37,093 nucleotides of DNA from Candidatus Methylomirabilota bacterium (GTDB lineage Bacteria > Methylomirabilota > Methylomirabilia > Rokubacteriales > CSP1-6), in the NCBI GenBank assembly GCA_046726415.1, contig JBKPAK010000080.1, positions 1 through 37,093 of the forward strand. The letters run 5' to 3'. Positions 18,931 to 29,979 of the stretch are shown here, piece after piece; the first letter of the stretch is position 1, and each line of letters begins with the position of its first letter. Below the pieces are notes generated by a model. That model searched no databases. It was not told the origin of the DNA and saw nothing but the letters and a program-made list of their open reading frames with translations. The position numbers were made by a program, and so were the translations under genes.

Positions 18931-19345
18931 GAACATGCCTCCTTTCAGGGGTTGAGGGAACGCCGCGACGGCGGCTAGGGCCGCAGCGGCCGTAGAACTC
19001 GACGCGATGGCTCAGGATCTCCAGCCCGCGCCCGGGCGACCGGAGGGGCGGAACCACATGCCGACGAGGGACGTCGAGCACGCGCCCGCAGGCCACGCAG
19101 GTGAAGTGGTCATGCGGCGCGGTGTTGCCGTCGAAGCGCAGCCCGGTCGGTTCCCCGCGCTCCTGCAGCAATCCCTCGGCGGCCAGCCGGCGGAGATTTC
19201 GGTAGACAGTACCGAGGCTGACGCGAGGCAGCCGCCGGCGCACCTGCGGGTAGACGAGTGCGGCCGACGGGTGCGCCTCGGTCGCGCGCACGACTTCCAG
19301 GATGACTCGCCGGGGTCGCGTGAGGCGAAGCCCGCGCGCCCGCAA
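18920..19345 (-). CDS. Fur-family repressor (PerR-like)
   Basis: HPSA..VY, SLGTVYRNL, RFD, HDHFTCVACG and EFYGRC motifs; start codon uncertain. Confidence 0.88.
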   Translation of the reverse strand: MRARGLRLTRPRRVILEVVRATEAHPSAALVYPQVRRRLPRVSLGTVYRNLRRLAAEGLLQERGEPTGLRFDGNTAPHDHFTCVACGRVLDVPRRHVVPPLRSPGRGLEILSHRVEFYGRCGPSRRRGVPSTPERRHVHGR

Positions 19346-19386
19346 CGTCTCTCCGAGGCGTCTACCGCGATACCGGCTCGCCCGTT

Positions 19387-19405
19387 TTTAGGAATCATTC
19401 TCAAA
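19387..19405. promoter_or_regulatory. Fur/PerR-type operator
   Basis: AT-rich 9-1-9 dyad TTTAGGAAT-C-ATTCTCAAA, just downstream of a minus-strand TTGACC(19447-19442)-N18-TAAGGT(19423-19418) promoter. Confidence 0.75.
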
Positions 19406-19558
19406 TGAACCTGTCGCACCTTACACCGGCGGCCCGCGCCAGGTCAAGGGTTCGCGCCGTTGTTTTGGCGGGTGACCGCGTCGTCTCGGGGCGCGTGGCG
19501 GGCCCAGTGGCGGGAGGGGCGCCCCTCCAGTACCATCGGAGAGTTGGAAGGAGGAGGG

Positions 19559-22354
<2,796 letters not shown>

Positions 22355-22426
22355 GCCGACGGTGGCGGTGCTATACTCGCGGGCCGGTGACGGTCGCCGC
22401 ATGAGGGTCGCACGATGGGAGGTCCG

Positions 22427-23641
22427 ATGAAATCGCTCAAGGATCGCTACTGCATCGTCGGGGTGGGGGAAACGGAGTACTCGCGGAACTCCAACCGCAC
22501 GACGCGCGCCATGGGGGTGGAGGCGATACGCAAGGCCATGAGCGACGCCGGTTTCACCAATCGGGATGTCGACGGCATGATGAGCTACCAGAACAACGAC
22601 TCCACCCTCTCCCAGTACGTGGCGGGTGACCTCGGCATCCGTTTGAACTTCTTCATGGACGTAGTGGGTGGAGGGTCGTCGACGGAGGCGCTCGTGGGAT
22701 TGGCCATCGGGGCCATCGAGGCCGGGATGTGCAACGCGGTGGCCATCTTCCGCTCCATGAACGGTTACTCGGAGGTCCGCATCGGGGGCACGGGGGTGCG
22801 CTCAGCGGCGCCCGTGCGGGGCGCCGATCTGGCCTGGCGGCCCTTCGGCATGACGAGCGCCGGACAGCAGTTCGCCCTGACCTTCATGCGGCATATGTAC
22901 GAGTACGGCACGACCTCGGAACAGGTGGCGCACGTGAAGGTTGCCCATAGCAAGCACGCCTCTCAGAATCCCAAGGCCCTCATGAAAGAGCGGGTGACCG
23001 TCGATGACGTGGTCGGCTCGCGCTGGGTGGTGAAACCGCTGCATCTCCTGGACTGCTGCCTAGAGACGGACAATGCCACGTGTCTGATCGTGACCTCCGT
23101 GGAGCGCGCTCGTGATCTCAAGCCCAAGCCGGTCTTCATCATGGGCGTGGCCGGCCGCGTCTCCAAGCCGCGCAGCGACTTTCACTGGGCCACCGGCCCC
23201 CTGGCACGGGTGGCCGGCTACTACGCCAAGGACATCGTCTTCGGCCAGGCCGGCATCGGGCCCGAAGACGTGGACATCACCGGCTCCTACGACGCGTTCA
23301 CTTTCACCACCATGCTGCAGCTCGAAGACTACGGCTTCTGCAAGAAGGGTGAGGGGGGCGCATACGTGTCCAGCGGCGCTATCGAGCTGGGGGGCCGTCG
23401 CCCTAACAATACCGCGGGGGGGCATTTGTGCGAGGGCTACACCCACGGCATGTCCATGGTGATTGAAAACGTGCGCCAGCTGCGCGGCAGCGTCGACGAC
23501 TACTGCCCGGGCGCCGCGGAGGGCGTCCACACGTACGACTACGCGCCGCGACGGTGCCGGCAGGTCCGGAATCCGCGCATCACGATGAACCTGGGGTGGA
23601 TGAATCCCCACGGCGGCAGCGCCCTGATCTTGCATAATTAG
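22427..23641 (+). CDS. Thiolase-superfamily protein (Ltp2/SCP2-like)
   Basis: IVGVGET, LLDCC.ETD, YDAFT and GGHLCEGYTHG motifs; the usual N-terminal nucleophilic Cys is absent (GGGSS). Confidence 0.88.
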   Translation: MKSLKDRYCIVGVGETEYSRNSNRTTRAMGVEAIRKAMSDAGFTNRDVDGMMSYQNNDSTLSQYVAGDLGIRLNFFMDVVGGGSSTEALVGLAIGAIEAGMCNAVAIFRSMNGYSEVRIGGTGVRSAAPVRGADLAWRPFGMTSAGQQFALTFMRHMYEYGTTSEQVAHVKVAHSKHASQNPKALMKERVTVDDVVGSRWVVKPLHLLDCCLETDNATCLIVTSVERARDLKPKPVFIMGVAGRVSKPRSDFHWATGPLARVAGYYAKDIVFGQAGIGPEDVDITGSYDAFTFTTMLQLEDYGFCKKGEGGAYVSSGAIELGGRRPNNTAGGHLCEGYTHGMSMVIENVRQLRGSVDDYCPGAAEGVHTYDYAPRRCRQVRNPRITMNLGWMNPHGGSALILHN

Positions 23642-23675
23642 ATGCGGGGCCCCGAAATGGCCCCCCAAGCCCCCC
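23639..23675 (+). repeat. 37-bp REP-like palindromic element, copy A
   Basis: TAGATGCGGGGCC-CCGAAAT-GGCCCCCCAAGCCCCCC; 30/37 identical to the copy at 27663-27699 (minus strand). Confidence 0.7.
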
Positions 23676-23684
23676 ACTTGCGCG

Positions 23685-23836
23685 TCGCGAGCGAGCCTAC
23701 CGGCTCGCTCGTTTCCGCCACTACCGCGCCGACCATACCCGCCAACCGGACCTCGCGGGCGAGCCCTGCCGGTTCGATCGTTTCGGCGACTACCGTGCCG
23801 ACCATACCCGCCAGGCTCGCGTGGCGAGCGAACCGG
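23685..23836 (+). repeat. Imperfect ~69-bp tandem repeat (2 copies plus a partial)
   Basis: TCGCG.GCGAGCC...CGTTTC.GC.ACTACCG.GCCGACCATACCCGCCA at 23685-23744 and 23753-23813; partial copy at 23817. Confidence 0.8.
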
Positions 23837-23874
23837 GCAGATCGGTCTCGCGACAACCCCAGGAGGATATCCTG

Positions 23875-24381
23875 ATGCCGGAGCCAGTTCAGTACCGGGG
23901 GATGGCGCTGATCGTCCCCGACAACGACAGCGAGTGGAAGGAGTTCTATGCGGCAGCTCGCCAGCACCGCCTCGTCATGCGCGCCTGCCGCGCCTGCAGC
24001 TTGATGCGGTACCCGCCCTCGCACGTCTGCCCATGGTGCACCTCGCTCGACTGGAGCTGGCGAGAGGTGAGCGGGCGCGGGACGATCCTTTCGTATGAGA
24101 TCGTGGTGCAGGCGATCCAGTCGGGCTTCAAGGAATGGTCACCGTACCCGGTGGTTCTTGTGGAGCTAGATGAGCAACGCGGCCAGCCGACCGCTGACGA
24201 AGGCCTGCGCATGATCGCCAACCTCCTTCGGGCCGACGGCCGGCCAGAGGTTGAGGACCAGGTGGCCGTCGGCAAGCGCGTGAGCGTGATGTTCCAGGAC
24301 CTCTCCGCTGACATCGGCCTGCCACAGTTCGCGCTTTCGGACGAGCCGCCGACGGACCAGGTCTGGAGGCTCCCAACCTAG
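23875..24381 (+). CDS. DUF35 Zn-ribbon/OB-fold protein
   Basis: CRAC...YPP...CPWC, SGRGTILSY and PYPVVLVELDE motifs; SD AGGAGG. Confidence 0.9.
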   Translation: MPEPVQYRGMALIVPDNDSEWKEFYAAARQHRLVMRACRACSLMRYPPSHVCPWCTSLDWSWREVSGRGTILSYEIVVQAIQSGFKEWSPYPVVLVELDEQRGQPTADEGLRMIANLLRADGRPEVEDQVAVGKRVSVMFQDLSADIGLPQFALSDEPPTDQVWRLPT

Positions 24382-24402
24382 CCGGAGACCGAAAGGTCCC
24401 GG
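24382..24402 (+). terminator. GAAA-tetraloop hairpin after DUF35
   Basis: CCGG-A-GACC GAAA GGTC-CCGG; only a weak, offset U-rich tail. Confidence 0.35.
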
Positions 24403-24436
24403 GCCGTCGCACTTTGTTTGACTGCCCCCGCCCCGT

Positions 24437-25753
24437 GTGGATAATGAACAAGCAATCATTCCATGTGCTGTCCCGGTCACGGCGATTAAGACGCGAGTTG
24501 TTATCACTGGCCTGGGTGTCGTTTCCCCGATCGGAATTGGGGTCGATGCTTTTTGGAAGGCGGCCCTGGCGGGCCGATCTGGCGTGAGTTTTCTCTCGGA
24601 TGTCGAGGGGTTCGCCGTCGGGCGGTATCGCTCCCGGGTGGCGGCCCGGGTCAAGGACTTCGTCCCCAGCGAACACCTCGATGCCAGCACCGCTGATCGA
24701 CTCGATCGCCACGCTCAGTTCGCTCTGGTGGCAGCCCAGGAGGCCGTTCGCGACGCCGATCTCCAGATCGATCGCGAGAGGGCCGAACGCGTCGGGGTCG
24801 TGGTGGGAGCCGGCATGGGCGCCATGACGATGGGCGAACGGGAGCTGACGAAGCTGTACGACGGCCAGCGCCCCGATCGCGTCCACCCGAATTTCATCCC
24901 GACCATTACGCTGAACTCCGCCTCGGGACTGGTGGCCCTGACCCACCGCGCCAAAGGGCCCAACCTCACGATATCGACGGCCTGCTCGTCGAGCGCACAC
25001 GCCATCGGCGTTGCGCTCGGATTCCTTCGGGCCGGTCAGGCTGACGCGGTGATCATGGTCGGGGCCGAGGCGAGCATCACGCCGCTGGCGTTCGCCGGCT
25101 TTGCATCGCTTCGAGCCCTGTCGACCTCCTTCAATGACGCGCCGGAGCGGGCGTCGCGACCCTTCGACCGCGCTCGCGACGGCTTCGTGATGGGCGAGGG
25201 CGCGGCGGCGCTCATTTTAGAGACGCTCCCCCACGCGCGCCGACGCAAGGCGCGAATCTACGCCGAAGTCGCGGGCTATGCCGCCACCAGCGAGGCCTAC
25301 CACATGGTCATCCCGCAGGAGGACGGCCTGGAGTCTGCGCGGACCATGCAGCTGGCGCTGGACGATGCGGCCATCCCTCCCGCGCGGGTCGACTACATCA
25401 ACGCGCACGCCACCGCCACCCCGGTAGGAGATCCAGTGGAGATTCGCGCCATCCGGAGGGTGTTAAAGGGCCGGGCCGAGCGAGTGCTCATCGCCGCCAC
25501 GAAGTCGCTCGTCGGACACACCCTGGGAGCGGCCGGCGCACTCGGCGCCGTGGCCTGCGCCCTGTCCCTCACCACGGGTCAGGTGCATCCCACGATCAAC
25601 TACGACGATCCCGACCCCGAATGCGCGCTCCCCGGTATCTCCAGCCAGATGCAAGAGCGACCGGTCGCCGTTGCGCTGTTGAATGCCTTTGGCTTCGGGA
25701 GCAACAACGCATCCCTGGTCCTAACGGCCTTCAGCGAAAGGGTGAGACCATGA
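24437..25753 (+). CDS. fabF: Beta-ketoacyl-ACP synthase II
   Basis: RVVITGLGVVSPIG, TACSS (Cys), NAHAT (His), KSLVGH (His) and NAFGFG motifs; start uncertain (possibly ATT 24485). Confidence 0.92.
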   Translation: MDNEQAIIPCAVPVTAIKTRVVITGLGVVSPIGIGVDAFWKAALAGRSGVSFLSDVEGFAVGRYRSRVAARVKDFVPSEHLDASTADRLDRHAQFALVAAQEAVRDADLQIDRERAERVGVVVGAGMGAMTMGERELTKLYDGQRPDRVHPNFIPTITLNSASGLVALTHRAKGPNLTISTACSSSAHAIGVALGFLRAGQADAVIMVGAEASITPLAFAGFASLRALSTSFNDAPERASRPFDRARDGFVMGEGAAALILETLPHARRRKARIYAEVAGYAATSEAYHMVIPQEDGLESARTMQLALDDAAIPPARVDYINAHATATPVGDPVEIRAIRRVLKGRAERVLIAATKSLVGHTLGAAGALGAVACALSLTTGQVHPTINYDDPDPECALPGISSQMQERPVAVALLNAFGFGSNNASLVLTAFSERVRP

Positions 25754-26127
25754 CGTCGGCGACAGCGATCGCGGAGAAGGTACGGAACGCGCTCGGTCGC
25801 GAGATCAAACGTGATCCCGCCACGATCACGGCGGACCAAGCGCTGCGCGAAGATCTCGGATTGAACTCGCTCGACGCCATCGAATTGATGTTCAAGGTCG
25901 AGGAGGAATTTGATCTGGAAATCTCTGACGCCGATCTTCAGAAGCTTCGGACAGTCGGCGATCTGGTTTCGTATTTGGAAGAGCGGCTCGGGGTCACGCC
26001 TCCGGCTCCGCGCCCGGCCAGCCCTCTGATCGCCGCTCAGCCTGCGCCGGCCCCCGCGCCTCCCAAAGGCCACGCCGCTCCGCCGCCGGGCGCTGGTAAA
26101 CGCCCGGCCAAGCGCTCTCGCGCCTGA
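25750..26127 (+). CDS. Acyl carrier protein with Pro/Ala/Lys-rich C-terminal tail
   Basis: [13 protein letters not shown]...EEEFDLEI...TVGDLV; ATGA overlap with fabF. Confidence 0.9.
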   Translation: MTSATAIAEKVRNALGREIKRDPATITADQALREDLGLNSLDAIELMFKVEEEFDLEISDADLQKLRTVGDLVSYLEERLGVTPPAPRPASPLIAAQPAPAPAPPKGHAAPPPGAGKRPAKRSRA

Positions 26128-26140
26128 TCCGCGCCGGGCG

Positions 26141-27208
26141 ATGCCGCCGCGCCGCCGCGAGGCTCCGCGGGGGGCCAGGCTCGAGGACATCGCCCGCGTC
26201 GTCGAGGGTACGCTCACCGGCCTCGGGACGACTGTCGTCGCCGATCTCAAGAGTCTGGAGGAGGCCGGCGCCAACGATCTCTCGTACATCGTCGCCGACC
26301 GCTTCCTGTCGGCGGCGTGTCGCTCCCGCGCTGCCGCCTTTCTCGTCTCGCGGCATCTGCCCGATGTGGATCGTCCACAAATCCTGGTGGCGAACCCCGC
26401 GTACGCCGCCGTGCGCGTGGTGGAGCGTTTCTTTGTCCGTCCATACCAGCCCCGCGGCATCGCGGCTCCCATCGCGCGCGGACACAAGGTCGTGATCGGC
26501 GCCGATCCGTCGATCTGGCCGTTCGTCACCCTGGGGGACCGGGTGCGCCTCGGCCAGAGGGTCACGCTCTACCCCGGCGTATTCATCGGCGATGACTGCG
26601 CGGTGGGCGACGATACCATCGTCTATCCCTGTGCCGTGATCCTCGCCCGCTGTCGGCTCGGATCGCGCGTCATCGTCGGCAGCGGAACCGTCATCGGCAG
26701 CGACGGCTTCGGCTTCGTGACCCATGAGGAGCGCCATCACAAGATCTCGCAGCGCGGCGGGGTCGTCATCGAGGACGACGTCGAGATGGGCGCCAACGTG
26801 ACCATCGATCGCGCCACCTACGGGCAGACGGTGATCGGGCGGGGCACGAAGATCGACAACCAGGTCCACGTCGCCCATAACGTTACCGTGGGGGAGCACA
26901 CGATCCTCGTCGCTCAGGTCGGGATCGCCGGCAGCACGACTGTGGGAAAGCACGTGATGATCGGCGGGCAGGTCGGGGTCAGCGATCATGTGCGGGTCGG
27001 CGACAGGGCGATGATCGCTGCCAGTTCCGGCGTCGGCCGCGACGTCGGAATGGGCGAGCGCGTGAGTGGGACGCCAGCGCTGCCGCACGAGGAGTGGGTG
27101 CGCGTCTACGGCGCCCTCCGGCGGCTGCCCGATCTGCGCGGCCGTCTCCTGGACCTCGAACGTCGGCTGGCCGCTCTGGAGGAAAAAAAGGCGCGCCGCT
27201 CACCCTGA
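26141..27208 (+). CDS. lpxD: UDP-3-O-(3-hydroxyacyl)glucosamine N-acyltransferase
   Basis: Hexapeptide repeats plus [28 protein letters not shown] and AQVGIAGS motifs. Confidence 0.95.
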   Translation: MPPRRREAPRGARLEDIARVVEGTLTGLGTTVVADLKSLEEAGANDLSYIVADRFLSAACRSRAAAFLVSRHLPDVDRPQILVANPAYAAVRVVERFFVRPYQPRGIAAPIARGHKVVIGADPSIWPFVTLGDRVRLGQRVTLYPGVFIGDDCAVGDDTIVYPCAVILARCRLGSRVIVGSGTVIGSDGFGFVTHEERHHKISQRGGVVIEDDVEMGANVTIDRATYGQTVIGRGTKIDNQVHVAHNVTVGEHTILVAQVGIAGSTTVGKHVMIGGQVGVSDHVRVGDRAMIAASSGVGRDVGMGERVSGTPALPHEEWVRVYGALRRLPDLRGRLLDLERRLAALEEKKARRSP

Positions 27209-27286
27209 CACCGCCCACTCGAAAGGCGCCCCCGTTTCCAGGAGCGCATGCGGAAATTGAGGAGCCCCCGGCTGGCCGACGCGTCG

Positions 27287-27618
27287 CCAGCGCTGGGATT
27301 TGCGAGTCGCCCCCCGCTTCGTCGGGCCTCCCAAGCTCGGCGCGCCGCCGCTTCCCCAGCGCTGAGATTCGCGACTCGCCCCCGCTTCGTCGGGCCTCCC
27401 AAGCTCGGCGCGCCGCCGCTTCCCCAGCGCTGAGATTTGCGACTCGCCCCCCGCTTCGTCGGGCCTCCCAAGCTCGGCGCGCCGCCGCTTCCCCAGCGCT
27501 GGGATTCGCGAGTCGCCCCAGCTTCGTCGGGCCTCCCAAGCTCGGCGCGCCGCCGCTTCCCCAGCGCTGGGATTCGCGAGTCGCCCCCCGCTTCGTCGGG
27601 CCTCCCAAGCTCGGCGCG
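27287..27618. repeat. Intergenic 68/69-bp tandem array, ~4.8 copies
   Basis: Units start at 27287, 27356, 27424, 27493 and 27561 (CCAGCGCTGRGATTYGCGASTCGCCCCC(C)GCTTCGTCGGGCCTCCCAAGCTCGGCGCGCCGCCGCTTCC); no spacers. Confidence 0.95.
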
Positions 27619-27662
27619 ATATCGAGGGGCCCCCCGGCTCCGCCGGGGCGCCCCGAGCGCCC

Positions 27663-27699
27663 GGGGGGCTTGGGGGGCCCGAGCTAGGCCCCCCATCTA
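27663..27699 (-). repeat. 37-bp REP-like palindromic element, copy B
   Basis: Reverse complement TAGATGGGGGGCC-TAGCTCG-GGCCCCCCAAGCCCCCC. Confidence 0.7.
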
Positions 27700-28211
27700 G
27701 TCAGTCGGGCCATGACCTCCCCGAACGCCTTGTCGGCGAGCAGGCGAACCTCATCGCGCGTCAGCGGCTGGATAGGGTGGGCGACGACCACCGAGCGATA
27801 GTCCGTCGCCCCCAGCGCGGTGGCCTGAGCTCGGGCCGCGTGGACAAACTCCGCTGAAATGATGGTCGCCGTCGGAATCCCGTGATCCTCGAAGAACACG
27901 CCGTCGTGCACACTGCACGTTGTGCACGACCCTCAGTCGGCCAGGGCCTCGATGACCACGTCGCTGCCCGTCAGGATCTCCTGACGCAGTGGATCCGGCG
28001 CCGGCCGCGCGAACGTCGGCTTCTTCTGGCGGATGATGGTCTTCGGGCGCGCCCGCTGGCGCAGCAACTCCTCCAGGCGGTCGAGCAGATGATCGCCCTT
28101 CGCCTTCGAGATGTCGAGGAGCGTGATCACCTTTCCGTCCAGGCTGGCCGGGCGGGGGGCTGTTCGGCGGGGAACGGCCACGGAGTCGGTGGGATCGAGG
28201 TAGTCGGTCAT
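27684..28211 (-). CDS. UGSC-family selenoprotein (in-frame UGA = Sec at 27935-27933), 175 aa
   Basis: Track ORFs 27933..28211 and 27684..27911 share a frame: ...EALAD-TGA-GSCTTCSVHDGVFFEDHGIPT...; LLDISKAKG, KKPTFARPAP and HPIQ motifs; hairpin directly after the UGA. Confidence 0.88.
27903..27930 (-). promoter_or_regulatory. Bacterial SECIS-like hairpin
   Basis: GUCGUGCACA-ACGUGCAG-UGUGCACGAC, a perfect 10-bp stem starting 3 nt after the UGA, with G in the apical loop. Confidence 0.7.
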
Positions 28212-29302
28212 GGAGTCCTCTCGTGTTCGGTGTGAGCGATTCTGCGAAAGACGAGGCGCGACGCCTTCGGGAACGTCCAGCCGGGCACAATCGCCGAGAA
28301 GCGGCCCGCCGTTCCGCCTGCCACTACGATCTTGATGTTGTCGGGACCGCGAAACTTCGGAATCAGCGTGGCGTCAGTTTCAGGATGAGGAAACTTTGCC
28401 AGCACATGCGGGGGGAGCCCTTCACCGCCGTCGCGGCCGGGCACCAGGTCGCAGACGGGGCGGTGCAGCCGCCCGAACAGGAACCGCTGAATATCGGCCT
28501 TGCCCCAGCCATCGGCGGAGATGGTGGCGGCGTGTTCGGGCGACAAGATGAGCAGCGCGTCCCCCCAGTGCGTGGACTTGTGATGTGACACCACGGCCAT
28601 GCTGGCCGCGATCGTCGCGAGCAGGTCGCCAGCGGTGCGGCTCTGGTGATCGTACACTCCCAGCGGTGCATCGGCGGCCAGCACCGCCACCGTGCTCTCG
28701 TTCGGGGCGAAGCCGTGCTCGACCGCCAGGGACGGCCAGGGGCTCACCTCTTCCCGCTCGCCTAGGCAGTACGTGTACCGTCCCGGGTGGGCCAAGGTCG
28801 ACATGCTCACCACGCCGGGGATGGCACCGCCGATATTGACGCACACCAAGCGCAGGGCACGGCCGATCGTGGCGTTGGCCCGCCAGCCTGAACCGAGCAG
28901 GCCCGCCCCGCTGTTGATGTCCAAGGCCAGGCGCACCGGGCCATTGACAATCACGAGGGGGGACGGCGCATTCGTGGTGGCGGAGACTCCGTGGAGATCG
29001 AAGGCGTCGTCACACACCGCCTCCACCGCAGCCACGACCACCGGAAGATACTCGGGACGGCAGCCCGCCATCACGGCGTTGACGGCAATCCGCGCCACCG
29101 TGGCCCGACCATAGTTGGGAGGCACGAGCGCGATCAACTCGTCGGCCTCGCGCCCACTCGCTTCAACAGCCCGCGCCACGCGGGCCGGCGTGGGTGGCAC
29201 GACGGGGAGCCCGTCGGTCACCCCGCGTGCGTAGAGAGCCTCGATGGCGTCCGCCTCGGCCTCGGCCCCCGTCTCCGTCGGAACGCGCGGGCGGTCACTC
29301 AC
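28208..29302 (-). CDS. Conserved hypothetical protein typically paired with UGSC proteins
   Basis: TDGLPVVPPT..RV, NAVMAGC.PEY.PV, IVNGP and RANATIGRALRL motifs; coupled to both neighbours. Confidence 0.85.
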   Translation of the reverse strand: MSDRPRVPTETGAEAEADAIEALYARGVTDGLPVVPPTPARVARAVEASGREADELIALVPPNYGRATVARIAVNAVMAGCRPEYLPVVVAAVEAVCDDAFDLHGVSATTNAPSPLVIVNGPVRLALDINSGAGLLGSGWRANATIGRALRLVCVNIGGAIPGVVSMSTLAHPGRYTYCLGEREEVSPWPSLAVEHGFAPNESTVAVLAADAPLGVYDHQSRTAGDLLATIAASMAVVSHHKSTHWGDALLILSPEHAATISADGWGKADIQRFLFGRLHRPVCDLVPGRDGGEGLPPHVLAKFPHPETDATLIPKFRGPDNIKIVVAGGTAGRFSAIVPGWTFPKASRLVFRRIAHTEHERTP

Positions 29303-29973
29303 CGGCGACAGGCTCGAAAATCGGCATAGTCACCCTGGGCGCTGGACCGCGTGTCATCCGAGTCCGTCAGGACGGCGATGCCGCCGGGTATCGGCGCTCT
29401 GGGCAGACGTAGATACAACTTTGCGTCGTCGCGCGCGTTCACGCGCTCTTCCACCCACTCCCCGCGTCGGGCCATGCCGGACTCGAGCACGCGGACCTGG
29501 GTGAGTCCCATGTTGGAGCTCAGTCGCGTTCCCGTCGGAAGCCGCTCGCTCCAGACGTACTTGACGGCTTTCGGGCCCACGATACCCGAATAGGGTATCA
29601 GGAGATACACGGCCAGCGCGCTGTCGTTCGTGCTGGCGTGCCGCTCGTCGGCATCTCGCGGAAACTCCAGCGGGCGCCACCACCACGCCAAGATGGGGTA
29701 TTGTTCCAGGTCCCATTCGCGCGGCACCCCGGCCTGGACGCCCAGCCCGCGCGAGGTGGCGCGAAGGAAGCGCCGGCCGTCTTCCTCGCGTACGGCGTAC
29801 ACCGGTCGTCCCTCCGCGCGGCGCGCCGTCCAACCCTCGGGGAACTCCCCCACTCTCGCCCGCGAGAAGTCTTCGAGCACGATGCAGTCGTCCGTCGCCG
29901 ACGGTGAGGCCGCCCCGAGCGTGAGAACCGCGGCGAGAACGAGCGCAGGCATGAAGGTCATGCCAGCCCTCAC
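29299..29973 (-). CDS. DUF3047 family exported protein
   Basis: Signal peptide, YPILAWWW, DE....NDSA..VY, KYVWS and LTDSDDT motifs. Confidence 0.82.
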   Translation of the reverse strand: MRAGMTFMPALVLAAVLTLGAASPSATDDCIVLEDFSRARVGEFPEGWTARRAEGRPVYAVREEDGRRFLRATSRGLGVQAGVPREWDLEQYPILAWWWRPLEFPRDADERHASTNDSALAVYLLIPYSGIVGPKAVKYVWSERLPTGTRLSSNMGLTQVRVLESGMARRGEWVEERVNARDDAKLYLRLPRAPIPGGIAVLTDSDDTRSSAQGDYADFRACRR

Positions 29974-29979
29974 CTCGAC

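Noticed and set aside
27287-27618. CRISPR array
   Set aside because: Units are contiguous near-identical 68/69-mers with no unique spacers, and there are no cas genes in the window.
26979-27700. ORFs over the tandem array (e.g. 27094..27687, 27106..27696, 26979..27608)
   Set aside because: By-products of a GC-rich repeat whose alternating period shifts the frame.
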